Part shown: positions 21,393 to 31,503 of the stretch, piece by piece
Position numbering within the stretch: position 1 is the first letter of the stretch
Layout of the letters: each line of letters begins with the position of its first letter
Source of the DNA: Candidatus Actinomarina sp.
GTDB lineage: Bacteria > Actinomycetota > Acidimicrobiia > Actinomarinales > Actinomarinaceae
Direction of reading: 5' to 3'
Assembly (NCBI GenBank): GCA_038147085.1
Contig: JAYQSV010000001.1
Location: 608,841-672,840 of the forward strand
DNA: 64,000 nt
Notes under the pieces: generated by a model
Databases searched by the model: none
Told to the model about the DNA's origin: nothing
Seen by the model: only the letters and a program-made list of their open reading frames with translations
Made by a program: the position numbers and the translations under genes

Positions 21393-22302
21393 TTAATTAG
21401 TTTTAATTATTTTTGATAAAAATGGTACAGTTACAAAAATTGAACTATAAGTTCCTGATAATATACCTATCAATAAAGGAATAGCAAAATCAGATAAACT
21501 ACCATCAATCCCTAAATAATTACCTAGAAATAAGATTGAAATTATTGGAAAAGCTGATGTTAGAGAGGTATTTATACTTCTCATTAAAACTTCATTGAAT
21601 GTTTTATTTAATACTTCAGTAGTAAGTTGGTTTCTTTTGAATAACTTTTGAGAATCTTTAAGTTTGTCAAAAAGTATGACAGTATCATACAATGAGTAAC
21701 CAAGAATTGTTAACAAAGCAATTATTGTTGATGGAGTAATCTCAAGTCCCAGTAATTCATAAACTGTATAACTAAGAAATAGATCGTGGAATAAGGCTAT
21801 TAAAGCTATTACTGCATATTTAAATTCATATCTAAACGAAATCAAAATAACAATGATTGATAAAAATATAATTAATGCTCTTAATCCTTTTGAAGTAATT
21901 TCAGCTCCAAAAGTAGGACCTACTCTTTGAAATTCAATATCATCTTTTGAGACATCGAATTTATTGGAAAGATAAGTAAGTAACTCACTTTCTTTTTCTT
22001 GAGTTGATTCAATCTGCTCTAAATAATATAGAATTTGAGTTTTCAAATGTTTGATATCTAGAAACTTTAAGTATTGTATTATTTAAAACATCAGAAATAT
22101 CGTCTTGTGTATAGTTTGCTGATAATTGATAAGTTGTTCCACCAGTAAAATCTACTGATAAATTTAAATCTCGAAATCCTGAAATTGATAAACCAATCAC
22201 AGATACAAAAATAACAATTTCAATTAAAAATATTTTCATAAATCTTTTACCTAATTTATAAAAATCAATCTCAGTTGTTCCTAAAAATAATTTACTAAAC
22301 AT
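21393..22302 (-). CDS. secF: Protein translocase subunit SecF, split by one extra base (~22010)
   Basis: The N-terminal ORF has SVDFTGGT; the C-terminal ORF has VGPTFG, GYSLYDT and GTYSSIF. Confidence 0.93.
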
Positions 22303-23741
22303 TAGTTAAAGCTTCTTTCTTAATAGGAAAAAATGATCTTGAATTATTTGATATTCTTGTAAACAAAGGAACAGCATTTTTAGTAAAGATTCTAGTAAAT
22401 ATTAAATCAAAAACTGTAGCTATACCAAGTGTTAAGGCAAAACCTCGGATTGGTCCAATAGCTAAAATATATAAAATTACAGAAGCAGTAAGGGAAACAA
22501 AATCAGCTGTTAAAATTGTTTTCCAAGCTTCTGTTACGGCTTTTTCAGAAGCATATTGAAAAGATCTACCAATTTTAAGCTCATCTTTAAATTTTTCAAA
22601 TGTGACGATATATGAATCTGCTGCTAATCCAATTGATACAATTACACCAGCAATTCCAGCAAGAGTTAGAGTAAAACCTTGATATTTTCCCAATAGAGAA
22701 ATTGCTGAATAAAATAGCATTCCAAAAGAAGACAATCCAAGAATTGCAATTAATCCATTTAATCTGTAATAAAGTATTAAAAATAAACTTACAATTATAA
22801 GTCCAACTAAACCAGCTTCAAGACCAAGTTTTAATGTATTTTCACCTAATGAAGCAGATACTTTTTGTATAGAGGAACGTTCAAAAGAAACTGGTAAAGC
22901 TCCGTATCTAAGAACAACTGCTAAATTATTTGCTGATTGACCTTGATCAGCATTACCCATAGAAATAGCTGCTGTACCTCCGGTTATTCCAACATTAGGA
23001 TTGACATCTAAAGCAATACCTGGAGCTGAGATAACTTGACTGTCAAGAACTATAGCAAGTTTTCTTTGTTCTCCTGTCAAACTTGCTAATTGTTTAGTTA
23101 ATTCAGTAAATTTATCTGCAGATTCATCTTTAAAAACTAGTTGTACAATCCATTCATTTTGAGGATATACAGCTAAAGCATCACTAATATCATTACCTGT
23201 TAAAACAGCTGGACCTAGTTCGTAAATCACTGGATAGCCACCAGAAAGAGATAATAAATATGAAATTTTATTAGGATCATCATTTATAGTCAGGCCAGTT
23301 AAATTATCTACACCTTCCGGTGCATTTATTGTTGGGTTTTCAGGATCATCAGGATTTTCAATTATTTCTAATGCTGGTGAATAACCAATACTTAATGAAG
23401 AGTCAAGCACTGGTCTAAAAGTTAATAGTCCAGTTGTTCCAACTGCTTCAATTGCTTTTTCTTGATCTGTGATGCCTGGCAATTGTACTAATACAGAATT
23501 TTCTCCACTGATGGATATCTCTGGTTCTTGAACATCTCCAAATGCAGCAATTCTAGATCGCATAATATGTGACAGCTTGTTCTATTAATTCTGAATCGGT
23601 ACCTTCCTCAGCAGTAAGAATTAAAGAGATTCCACCTTGTAAGTCCAATCCTAATTTGGGAGTTATATCATTAAAATAAACATAAATAAACAAGGAGATT
23701 GATAAAACAGGTAATAGTAGAAACTTTAGAATATTTTTCAT
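22295..23741 (-). CDS. secD: Protein translocase subunit SecD, split by one extra base (~23567)
   Basis: The N-terminal ORF has KLGLDLQGG; the C-terminal ORF has VQLPG, LAIVLD, LRYGALP and GPIRGFA. Confidence 0.93.
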
Positions 23742-23744
23742 GAA

Positions 23745-23993
23745 TTACTTAAATGAGATATTGTTCTTTAAGATCTCAATTTCTCCCTTTTTTACAACAA
23801 GAGTAACTCTATCATCTTTAATATTTACGACACGCCCAAAAATCCCAGAATCAGTTAAAACATCATCACCTATTTTTAGTGAACTAACATAATTCTTATG
23901 TTTTTTTTGTCTTCTTCTTTGAGGAATATAAAGAATTATATAAAAAATAATAAATACAAGTATTAAAGGTAATAGTGCTATCAATTCGTTCAT
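23745..23993 (-). CDS. yajC: Preprotein translocase subunit YajC
   Basis: TM followed by PQRRRQKK...GDDVLT.SGIFG; upstream of secD. Confidence 0.95.
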   Translation of the reverse strand: MNELIALLPLILVFIIFYIILYIPQRRRQKKHKNYVSSLKIGDDVLTDSGIFGRVVNIKDDRVTLVVKKGEIEILKNNISFK

Positions 23994-25072
23994 ATTTTTA
24001 AACTTTCTTTATACTTTTCAAAATTTGAGTTTAATATACTTTCTTGTATTTCCTTAAGTATATTTTCTGTTTGGACTATGTTATGTAATGTTAAGTAAAA
24101 CCAAGATGAAGTACTTTCATTAATTAATAAATGTCTTAAATAAGATCTCGAATAGTTTTTACATGTAAAACATGTACAGTTTTGGTCAAGAGGTTTAGAA
24201 TCTGCTGAATATTTTGAATTTTTTAAATTGAAAAATTGTCCTTTAGTTATTATTTTGCCGTGTCTAGCCAATCTAGCAGGCCATACGCAATCAAACATAT
24301 CTATACCAAGCTCTATAAGCTCAATCATCCCCTTAATGTCTCCCAATCCCATTACATAACGTAACTTATCTCCTGGTAGAAATGGAACAGTGTGTTTTAC
24401 AATTTCTATTCTTTGTTCACTTGTTTCACCAATTGCCAAACCTCCAATTGCATAACCATCAAATTCTAAAGAAAGCATCTGTTTTGCTGAGATTTCACGT
24501 AGATCTTTATTTAACCCCCCTTGAACAATACCAAATAAAGATTGAGTTTTATTGTTGTGAATTTCTCTTGCTTCAGTAGCCCATCTAAATGTTACATCTA
24601 TAGCTTTTTTTTGATCTTCGTAAGAAGAATCTACATTTATTAAATTATCTAATATCATGGCAATATCACTGTTTAAAGTACTTTGTATTTCCATAGATAA
24701 CTTAGGAGTCATCTTAAAACTTGAACCATCGTAAATATTTTTAAATTGAATACCATCGTCATGAAGTTTATTTGGTATTGACCAACCTTGGAAACCACCT
24801 GAGTCTGTCAGAATTAAATTATCCCAGTTTATAAATGAATGTAATCCATTAAATTTGGTTATAACATCCAATCCAGGTCTCAAAAATAAGTGATATGTAT
24901 TTCCAAGAATTATTGGTGAGTTATTTAAATAATTGAGAGGTAATGATTTAATTGACCCCCTTGTAGCAACTGGCATAAATATTGGCGTTGTAAATTCTTT
25001 TCCATTTATATTAACTTTATTTACCCTTGCTAATTTATCTTCAGCAATAGTTTCTATTGTGTAATTATTCAT
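23990..25072 (-). CDS. tgt: tRNA-guanine transglycosylase
   Basis: TPIFMPVAT, NTYHL, LTDSGGFQ, GIVQGG, DMFDC and CTCFTC. Confidence 0.97.
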   Translation of the reverse strand: MNNYTIETIAEDKLARVNKVNINGKEFTTPIFMPVATRGSIKSLPLNYLNNSPIILGNTYHLFLRPGLDVITKFNGLHSFINWDNLILTDSGGFQGWSIPNKLHDDGIQFKNIYDGSSFKMTPKLSMEIQSTLNSDIAMILDNLINVDSSYEDQKKAIDVTFRWATEAREIHNNKTQSLFGIVQGGLNKDLREISAKQMLSLEFDGYAIGGLAIGETSEQRIEIVKHTVPFLPGDKLRYVMGLGDIKGMIELIELGIDMFDCVWPARLARHGKIITKGQFFNLKNSKYSADSKPLDQNCTCFTCKNYSRSYLRHLLINESTSSWFYLTLHNIVQTENILKEIQESILNSNFEKYKESLKI

Positions 25073-26062
25073 TTATATCAAATAATACAGCGTCACCAAA
25101 ACTTAAAAATTTCATTTTTTTATTTAATGCAAAGTCATACAGTTCTCTCCATTTATCTCCATAAATATTGTGAACTATTGACAACAAACTACTCTTTGGT
25201 GCATGAAAATTTGTTATTAGTTGATTTGCTAAATTCAATTTAGTATTTGGAAGTATAAATAAATCTGTCTCTCCTTCTAGTTGATTATTAATAAATGCAG
25301 ATTCAATTGCTCTTAATGATGTCGTTCCTATACATAAAATATTTTTATTTAATTTTTTATATTTTAAAATTTTTAAAAAGTCATTTTCTGATATGCTATA
25401 TTTTTCTGAATGAATTTTATGATCTTCTATATATTTTGTTGTTATAGGTTTAAAAGTACCAAGGTTTACATCAAGATTTATAAAAATTATCTCATGACCA
25501 CTTTTTTTTAGTTTTTCAATTTTAGAATTTGAAAAGTGTAAACCAGCTGTTGGTGATGCAACAGAAAATCCTTTATTTGAAAATTGATTGTTATAGTATT
25601 TATATTTATGACTTTCATCTTTTATGTAAGGAGGAAGTGGTACTTTTCCATAATGTTCAATCAGATTTAAAATACTTTCTGAAAATTTTACTTCAAAAAA
25701 TTCAGGATACACATTTATAATTTCAGCATTAAAGCTATTAAAAATGTATTTTTTGCCAATTGTTTTTTTGTCAGTTGATTTAATTAAACATTTTGCATTG
25801 TATTTGCTTAAAATTTCTAATATAAAAAACTCAATTTTTCCACCAGTAGATTTTTCATCAATTATTCTTACTTTTTGTACCTTAGATTTATTAAAAATTA
25901 GTAGAGAATTCGGCGGAATGAAATTTTCAATTTTACTAAAAGGAACAATAGTTTTATCTGAAGCTATTAAGAAGTTTAGATTTTTCAGGTTTCAGAATAA
26001 GGTTCTTGATTTATTGAGATTTCAGGGAGGTAATAATTATAAAATTCTGTTTCATTTTGCAT
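25065..26062 (-). CDS. queA: SAM:tRNA ribosyltransferase-isomerase QueA, with two extra bases near the 5' end
   Basis: The C-terminal ORF has PLPPYI, SVASPTAGLHF, GTTSLRA and FLSFGD. Manual translation extends upstream to IFNKSKV and MQNETEFYNYYLPE, with shifts near 25990 and 25965. Confidence 0.92.
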
Positions 26063-26412
26063 TATTTATTAACTTTATAAATAATTCATAAGACATTGAA
26101 ACTATTTCAGGGATACCATCAGAAGACCTTCTAGTTTTTCCTTCTGTTTTTTTTAATTTTTTCCAAAAAAGTATTGTATTTTTTGAACCTGATTTATTTA
26201 TAGCTTTATCTAAAGATTGATGTGCATTTAAATTTTGTCTAGATTTTGCTTCTATAAAGTATTCTTCATCACCTACAAATAATTGAATATCGCCTAAATC
26301 GTTTGAACCACCTTCTGCAAATCTTTGTGCTTTAAAGTTTTCATTTTCATTTAAATCGTTTAACAATATTTGTTTCATAAGTAGTACCTTGCTTTTTAGC
26401 TTTATTTACCAT
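26052..26412 (-). CDS. Hjc/phage-type PD-(D/E)xK Holliday junction resolvase-like protein (one extra T ~26351)
   Basis: The reconstructed sequence MVNKAKKQGTTYETNIVKRLNENENFKAQRFAEGGSNDLGDIQLFVGDEEYFIEAK has the K-x-G-x3-E, R, D and ExK pattern of the Hjc family. It occupies the ruvCAB position. Confidence 0.72.
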
Positions 26413-26430
26413 AAATAAATTTTACTTTTA

Positions 26431-27175
26431 TTACTCAGAAAGTAACGTTTCTAAATCTTTTTCTTGAATATCAAAATTTGTATATACATCTTGAACATCA
26501 TCTAAATCTTCTAATGCATCTATAAGTTTAGATATTTTTAAAAATTGATCTATCGACAAATTTATTGATGTTGATGGAACATAAGCTATTTCTGAACTAG
26601 ATGGTAAAAAATTATTTTGTAAAAAAGCTTCATTAGCTTTTTTGAAATTTGAAGCAGAAAACTCAAAAGTAATTGATGAAGATTGTTCTATTATATCTTC
26701 TGCATCATTCAAGATAGCTATATTGATTAGTTCTTCACTTGTTTGTTCAAATTGAAATACTGCTTTTCTTTCAAATAAATAACTAACGCTACCTGGAGTA
26801 CCCATTGATCCTCCATGTTTTGATAGTGTTGCTTTTACATCAGAAGAAGCTCTATTTTTATTGTCTGTTAGACAGTTTATTAATATTGCAACACCGTATA
26901 AACCATAACCTTCGTAACTTAACTCAAATAGTTCGTCACTATCTAAATCACCATCTATTCGTTTTAAAGCTCTTTCGATATTTTCATTTGGTACTGAATT
27001 TGATTTTGCTTTAGAAATTGCTTGATATAAAGGAGCATTACTTGACGGATCAGTACCTCCGTTTCTAGCAGCTATTTCAATAGCTTTTACTAAGTTTGGC
27101 AAATAACTTACCTCTTTTAGCATCGTTAGCACCTTTTTTTCTTTTTATAGTTGACCATTTAGAATGTCCCGACAT
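26431..27175 (-). CDS. yebC: YebC/PmpR family protein (one extra base ~27090)
   Basis: Manual translation gives the N-terminus [22 protein letters not shown]; the ORF has YEGYG, TDNKNR and DDVQDVYTN. Confidence 0.95.
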
Positions 27176-27740
27176 ATTCACCACTTTTCAAATATTGCTT
27201 AAGCCATTCAATATAAAATGTATCATTTGTGAGTTCTGGATGATAAGTTAATCCAACTACATTTTGTTGTTGTACTCCAACAACTTCATCATTATGGAAT
27301 GCAATTTGTTTAACGTTGTCAGATAAAATATTTAAAATTTTAGGTGCTCTTATAAAACAATAAATATCTGAGTTATTTAAAAATTTTACATCTCCTTCAA
27401 ATGATTGATTTTGCCTTCCGTAAGCGTTTCTTTGAATCTGGATATCTAAATTTGGAATACAAGTTTCTCCGTCGATTACATCTTTAGAAAGTAAAATAGT
27501 TCCGGCGCAAGTGGTTAAAGTTGGTACACCCTTTTTTATAACTTTATCAACTTCATTAAATAAGTTTTGTTCACGTTGTATAACTTTCATTGATGTAGAT
27601 TCACCACCTGGAATAATAAGAGAATCTATATCTTCTAAATCTTCAATTCTTTTTATAAGAACATAATTAAAATTACAAATCTCTAAAGATTTACAATGAT
27701 TTAAAAAACTACCTTGTAGAGCTAAAACTCCAACTTTCAA
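27159..27740 (-). CDS. pdxT: PLP synthase glutaminase subunit
   Basis: GVLALQG, IPGGEST, TCAG, RNAYGRQ and HPEL; TTG start. Confidence 0.96.
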   Translation of the reverse strand: MKVGVLALQGSFLNHCKSLEICNFNYVLIKRIEDLEDIDSLIIPGGESTSMKVIQREQNLFNEVDKVIKKGVPTLTTCAGTILLSKDVIDGETCIPNLDIQIQRNAYGRQNQSFEGDVKFLNNSDIYCFIRAPKILNILSDNVKQIAFHNDEVVGVQQQNVVGLTYHPELTNDTFYIEWLKQYLKSGEYVGTF

Positions 27741-28625
27741 TTACCAACCTCTTTTAGCTAGCTTTTCTTCCTCTGTTAATGTGTCTATATTTATACCAAC
27801 CATAGGTTCACCTAAGTTTTTTGATACTTCTACAAGCACTGATGGATTGTTAAAATTCGTAGTTGCTAAAACAATTGCTTCTGCTCTTGCTGCTGGATCT
27901 CCACTTTTAAAAATTCCAGAACCAACGAAAACACCATCACAACCTAATTGCATCATTAATGCAGCATCAGCTGGAGTTGCAATACCTCCAGCAGCAAAAT
28001 TAACAACTGGAAGTTTCTTTAATGATTTAATTTCTTCTAATACACTAAGTGGTGCTCCAAATTTTTTGCTTAATGAAACAAGCTCATGTTCGTCACAATT
28101 TATAACTTCTTGCATCTCTTTAGTCACAGTTCTCATATGTCTAACTGCTTCAACAACATTTCCTGTTCCAGCTTCTCCTTTAGTTCGTATCATCGAAGCA
28201 CCTTCTGCGATTCTTCTTGTTGCTTCACCTAATCCTGTAGCACCACATACAAATGGAGTTTTAAAACCTTTTTTACTTATATGATTTGTTTCATCAGCAG
28301 GTGTTAGAACTTCTGATTCATCAATGAAATCTATTCCTAGCTCCTGAAGCATCTGAGCTTCAACAAAGTGGCCAATTCTTGCCTTAGCCATTACTGGAAT
28401 GGATACAGATTCCATTACTTCTTTAATTACACCAACAGAAGACATTCGAGCAACCCCACCATTAGCCCGAATATCAGCTGGAATTCTTTCTAAAGCCATT
28501 ACGGCACATGCACCAGCTTTTTCAGCAATAATTGCTTGTTCAGCATTGACAACATCCATAATAACGCCGCCCTTTAGCATTTCTGCTAAACCTTTTTTAA
28601 CTTTTTCAGATGATTCAATTTTCAT
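27741..28625 (-). CDS. pdxS: PLP synthase lyase subunit
   Basis: [21 protein letters not shown] and [15 protein letters not shown]. Confidence 0.99.
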   Translation of the reverse strand: MKIESSEKVKKGLAEMLKGGVIMDVVNAEQAIIAEKAGACAVMALERIPADIRANGGVARMSSVGVIKEVMESVSIPVMAKARIGHFVEAQMLQELGIDFIDESEVLTPADETNHISKKGFKTPFVCGATGLGEATRRIAEGASMIRTKGEAGTGNVVEAVRHMRTVTKEMQEVINCDEHELVSLSKKFGAPLSVLEEIKSLKKLPVVNFAAGGIATPADAALMMQLGCDGVFVGSGIFKSGDPAARAEAIVLATTNFNNPSVLVEVSKNLGEPMVGINIDTLTEEEKLAKRGW

Positions 28626-28640
28626 AATTAATATATTAAT

Positions 28641-29624
28641 CTAAAAAAGTTTATATATAGATTCGTACTTTTTCATATTTTTAACTAGGTCGTATTGATT
28701 TAGCTTATTATATTGTTTACGCCATAAAGTATTTAAATCTTCTTTGTTTAATTTGCTTAAAACATCAATTAAAGATTTTAAATTGTTGTTTTTAAAAAAG
28801 ATTCCTGAATCTCCAAGTACAAATCTTGTTGATGAAATATCTGATCCTATAGTTAAACAACCGCTATTTATAGCTTCAAGTAAAGTAATTCCAAAACTTT
28901 CAGATTTTTTATTTAAAGAAAGATAGATTCCCGATTTACTTAATATTTTATTTTTTTCTTCCTCTGTAGGATTACAAAACATTTCAATATTTTTGTAATT
29001 TGTATCATCGTTAGTAATTGCTAAAAATTTATAATCATTATTTAATTCAGTTGATAATTTTTTAAAAAGCTTAAAGTTTTTTCTTTTTTCATTTCTTCCG
29101 ATAAATAAATAAGACTTTGATTCATTAAAAGATGCTGATTGATTAATTTTTATAAAGTTAGGAATTAATGTTGTATTTTTATTAAGAGTAAGAGCGTTGT
29201 TTAATGCTAAAGGGCTAACATGTGTGCTTACTGAATTAATATTTCTAAAATAATAAAAAAACTTCATCACTTGTAGATAAATATTTGAGAGAGATGCATG
29301 GTGTGTTGTGATATAATTTTTATTCTTTGGTAGTCTCCAAAATACAATTGGTATAAATGGTTCATGAATATGAACTATGTCTGCCCAATCTAGTGCATTT
29401 TTTAATAATTTTTTATCAGGAAAAAGAGCAACAGTTGAAATTGAGTTATTAAATCTAATTTTAAATGTATTACTAAAAACATAATCTTCGGAATCTGGAG
29501 CAAAAAGTTTTACTTCATAATTTGGATTTGAATCCAAATAGTACTTCATCAACTTAATTTGATTTTGTACACCACCGTGAAATTTAAAACTATATGCTGA
29601 TAAAAGTAATATCTTAGTATTCAC
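28641..29624 (-). CDS. pimA: GT4 glycosyltransferase, PimA-like phosphatidylinositol mannosyltransferase
   Basis: YSF..GGVQ, HIHEP and ESFGITLLEA; pgsA-acyltransferase-pimA gene order. Confidence 0.8.
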   Translation of the reverse strand: MNTKILLLSAYSFKFHGGVQNQIKLMKYYLDSNPNYEVKLFAPDSEDYVFSNTFKIRFNNSISTVALFPDKKLLKNALDWADIVHIHEPFIPIVFWRLPKNKNYITTHHASLSNIYLQVMKFFYYFRNINSVSTHVSPLALNNALTLNKNTTLIPNFIKINQSASFNESKSYLFIGRNEKRKNFKLFKKLSTELNNDYKFLAITNDDTNYKNIEMFCNPTEEEKNKILSKSGIYLSLNKKSESFGITLLEAINSGCLTIGSDISSTRFVLGDSGIFFKNNNLKSLIDVLSKLNKEDLNTLWRKQYNKLNQYDLVKNMKKYESIYKLF

Positions 29625-30507
29625 TTGTCCACACTGGCTGTATTGAATGCCACTGGTTTGGATCTAAAAGAATCAATTTTTCTAATTCTAATGCTAAAAC
29701 TTTTAACCCGTGTTGAATACTTTGTGCTTCGTTATCAAAATTTGGAACAATAAAAGGTGTACCAAATATTAATTTATATTTGTTTTCAATTTTCAAAAAT
29801 GTTGCAGGTAATATCGGAACTTGAGTTTTGAGTGAAAGTGCGACAGGACCTTTTGGAAAAGCTGCTAAGTTGTTAAAAAATTCAACTCCTATGCCACTCT
29901 TTCCTACATGTCTTTCCGATAGTAGACAAACGTGATAACCAGAATTTATCTTACTAACAAGAGTTTCGAATGAGTTTTGTCCTTTTCCTCCTAAAATTAT
30001 TTCACAACCTAAATTTTCTCTAAGTTCAGTAAACCAATTTAAAATATTTTTATCTTCTAACGGCTCTGCTACAGCTAATAATTTGAGTTTGAGTTGTTTG
30101 CCAAATGGAATAGCAAATTCCCAATTTCCTAAATGAGGTAAAGCAATAATAAATCCGCTTTTTTGTTGAGTTAGCTTATCTACAGCTTCCCTATTAACAA
30201 TTTCTGTGTTATTAAGTACATATTTTGAATGACCATTTTTAGTTAACCAAATAGTTTCAAGCCAATATTTAACATAATTTAATTTGACCTTAAAAACTTT
30301 GTAATTATTAAGAAAGTTTTTTCTTTTTGATAATTTATAGTTTTGAAAAGGAAAAAATAGATAATACATTAATGCAATTGGATAAGAAATAATATATAAA
30401 GTATTTAATTTCTTATTTTTTAAAATATTATGTAAAAGTTTGATAATTTTAAATTTCATTTTAGATTTTTGTATAAAAATATAAATCTTTGTAGTGCGGT
30501 TAACCAT
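29614..30507 (-). CDS. Phosphatidylinositol mannoside acyltransferase (PatA-like)
   Basis: ALPHLGNWE, VEFF...FPKGP and QWHSIQPVW; gene order. Confidence 0.85.
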   Translation of the reverse strand: MVNRTTKIYIFIQKSKMKFKIIKLLHNILKNKKLNTLYIISYPIALMYYLFFPFQNYKLSKRKNFLNNYKVFKVKLNYVKYWLETIWLTKNGHSKYVLNNTEIVNREAVDKLTQQKSGFIIALPHLGNWEFAIPFGKQLKLKLLAVAEPLEDKNILNWFTELRENLGCEIILGGKGQNSFETLVSKINSGYHVCLLSERHVGKSGIGVEFFNNLAAFPKGPVALSLKTQVPILPATFLKIENKYKLIFGTPFIVPNFDNEAQSIQHGLKVLALELEKLILLDPNQWHSIQPVWTSEY

Positions 30508-31028
30508 GTTATAAAAGTAAAAACATAAAAATATGTAAAATCTAAATCAAAATACATAAATAAAACTGCAAAAATTACTCTTTCTGGTCTAGAAGCGATA
30601 CCTTTCTTGTTTTCCAATCCATGTAATTCTGACTTAGCTCGCATATAGGGTATTAGATTTGAAGATACAACAACAGAGACTACTGCTAATACTTGAAAAT
30701 CAGATATAGTGTAATTTAAAAGTATTACACTCCAAATTATCATCTCTCCTACTCTATCTAATAAAGAATCAAGGATTGCTCCTTTATCAGATGTTAAATT
30801 GTAAGTTCTAGCATAAGGACCATCTAATCCATCTATAGCACTGCCTATAAAAATTAATATTATTCCTATAGTTCTTTTGTTTGTGTAAAAGTAATAAGAT
30901 CCAATTATTACAACTATTAATCCAATAATTGAAACAGTATTTGGCTTAAGCTTAAGTAATCGTAAAAGCTTTATAAATGGTATTGCAAATTTTTCAGAGT
31001 AAGATTTAAAATATTTTTCAAGCATCAA
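30456..31028 (-). CDS. pgsA: CDP-alcohol phosphatidyltransferase (PI-phosphate synthase)
   Basis: DGLDGPYAR...GAILDSLLDR, YMRAKSE and RPER. Confidence 0.9.
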   Translation of the reverse strand: MMLEKYFKSYSEKFAIPFIKLLRLLKLKPNTVSIIGLIVVIIGSYYFYTNKRTIGIILIFIGSAIDGLDGPYARTYNLTSDKGAILDSLLDRVGEMIIWSVILLNYTISDFQVLAVVSVVVSSNLIPYMRAKSELHGLENKKGIASRPERVIFAVLFMYFDLDFTYFYVFTFITWLTALQRFIFLYKNLK

Positions 31029-31503
31029 GTGTTTCTGTATGTGGATTGTCTATATACTCACCATTAAAAGCATCTATTTCTATTATTGTTCTTTTCTTTG
31101 GAGGATTCTCGCTTGAGTATACGATTACTGTCCAAATAGGTTTAAGAATATTTTTAATATTAAATTGGAATGTTAAAGCTATTGAATAGTAATTTATTGG
31201 ATAATCAATTCTATCTATTATCGACTCAATAACTTGTGATTGGAGAATTTTAAATTTATTGTTAATTAAAAATAAGAACACTGTTACTAATCCCAAAATA
31301 ATAAAAACTGGATTAAAGTTTATGAATTCATAATATATAGAAAAAATATAGAAAATAAAAATTACCAAAATTGTTAAGTATGGATATATATTTCTCTTAA
31401 GGGGAACAGGTACGGTATAGTTGCCAACAGCTAAAGAGTTTAGGTCTTCAGGTAATAGTTCCTTCTCAGCAACTTTTTCTGAAATATTAATTCCATCAAC
31501 CAT
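31018..31503 (-). CDS. Hypothetical membrane protein with two TMs and a PepSY-like C-terminus
   Basis: Coupled to thrS and pgsA; C-terminal PIWTVIVYS...IEIDAFNGE. Confidence 0.7.
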   Translation of the reverse strand: MVDGINISEKVAEKELLPEDLNSLAVGNYTVPVPLKRNIYPYLTILVIFIFYIFSIYYEFINFNPVFIILGLVTVFLFLINNKFKILQSQVIESIIDRIDYPINYYSIALTFQFNIKNILKPIWTVIVYSSENPPKKRTIIEIDAFNGEYIDNPHTETLDA

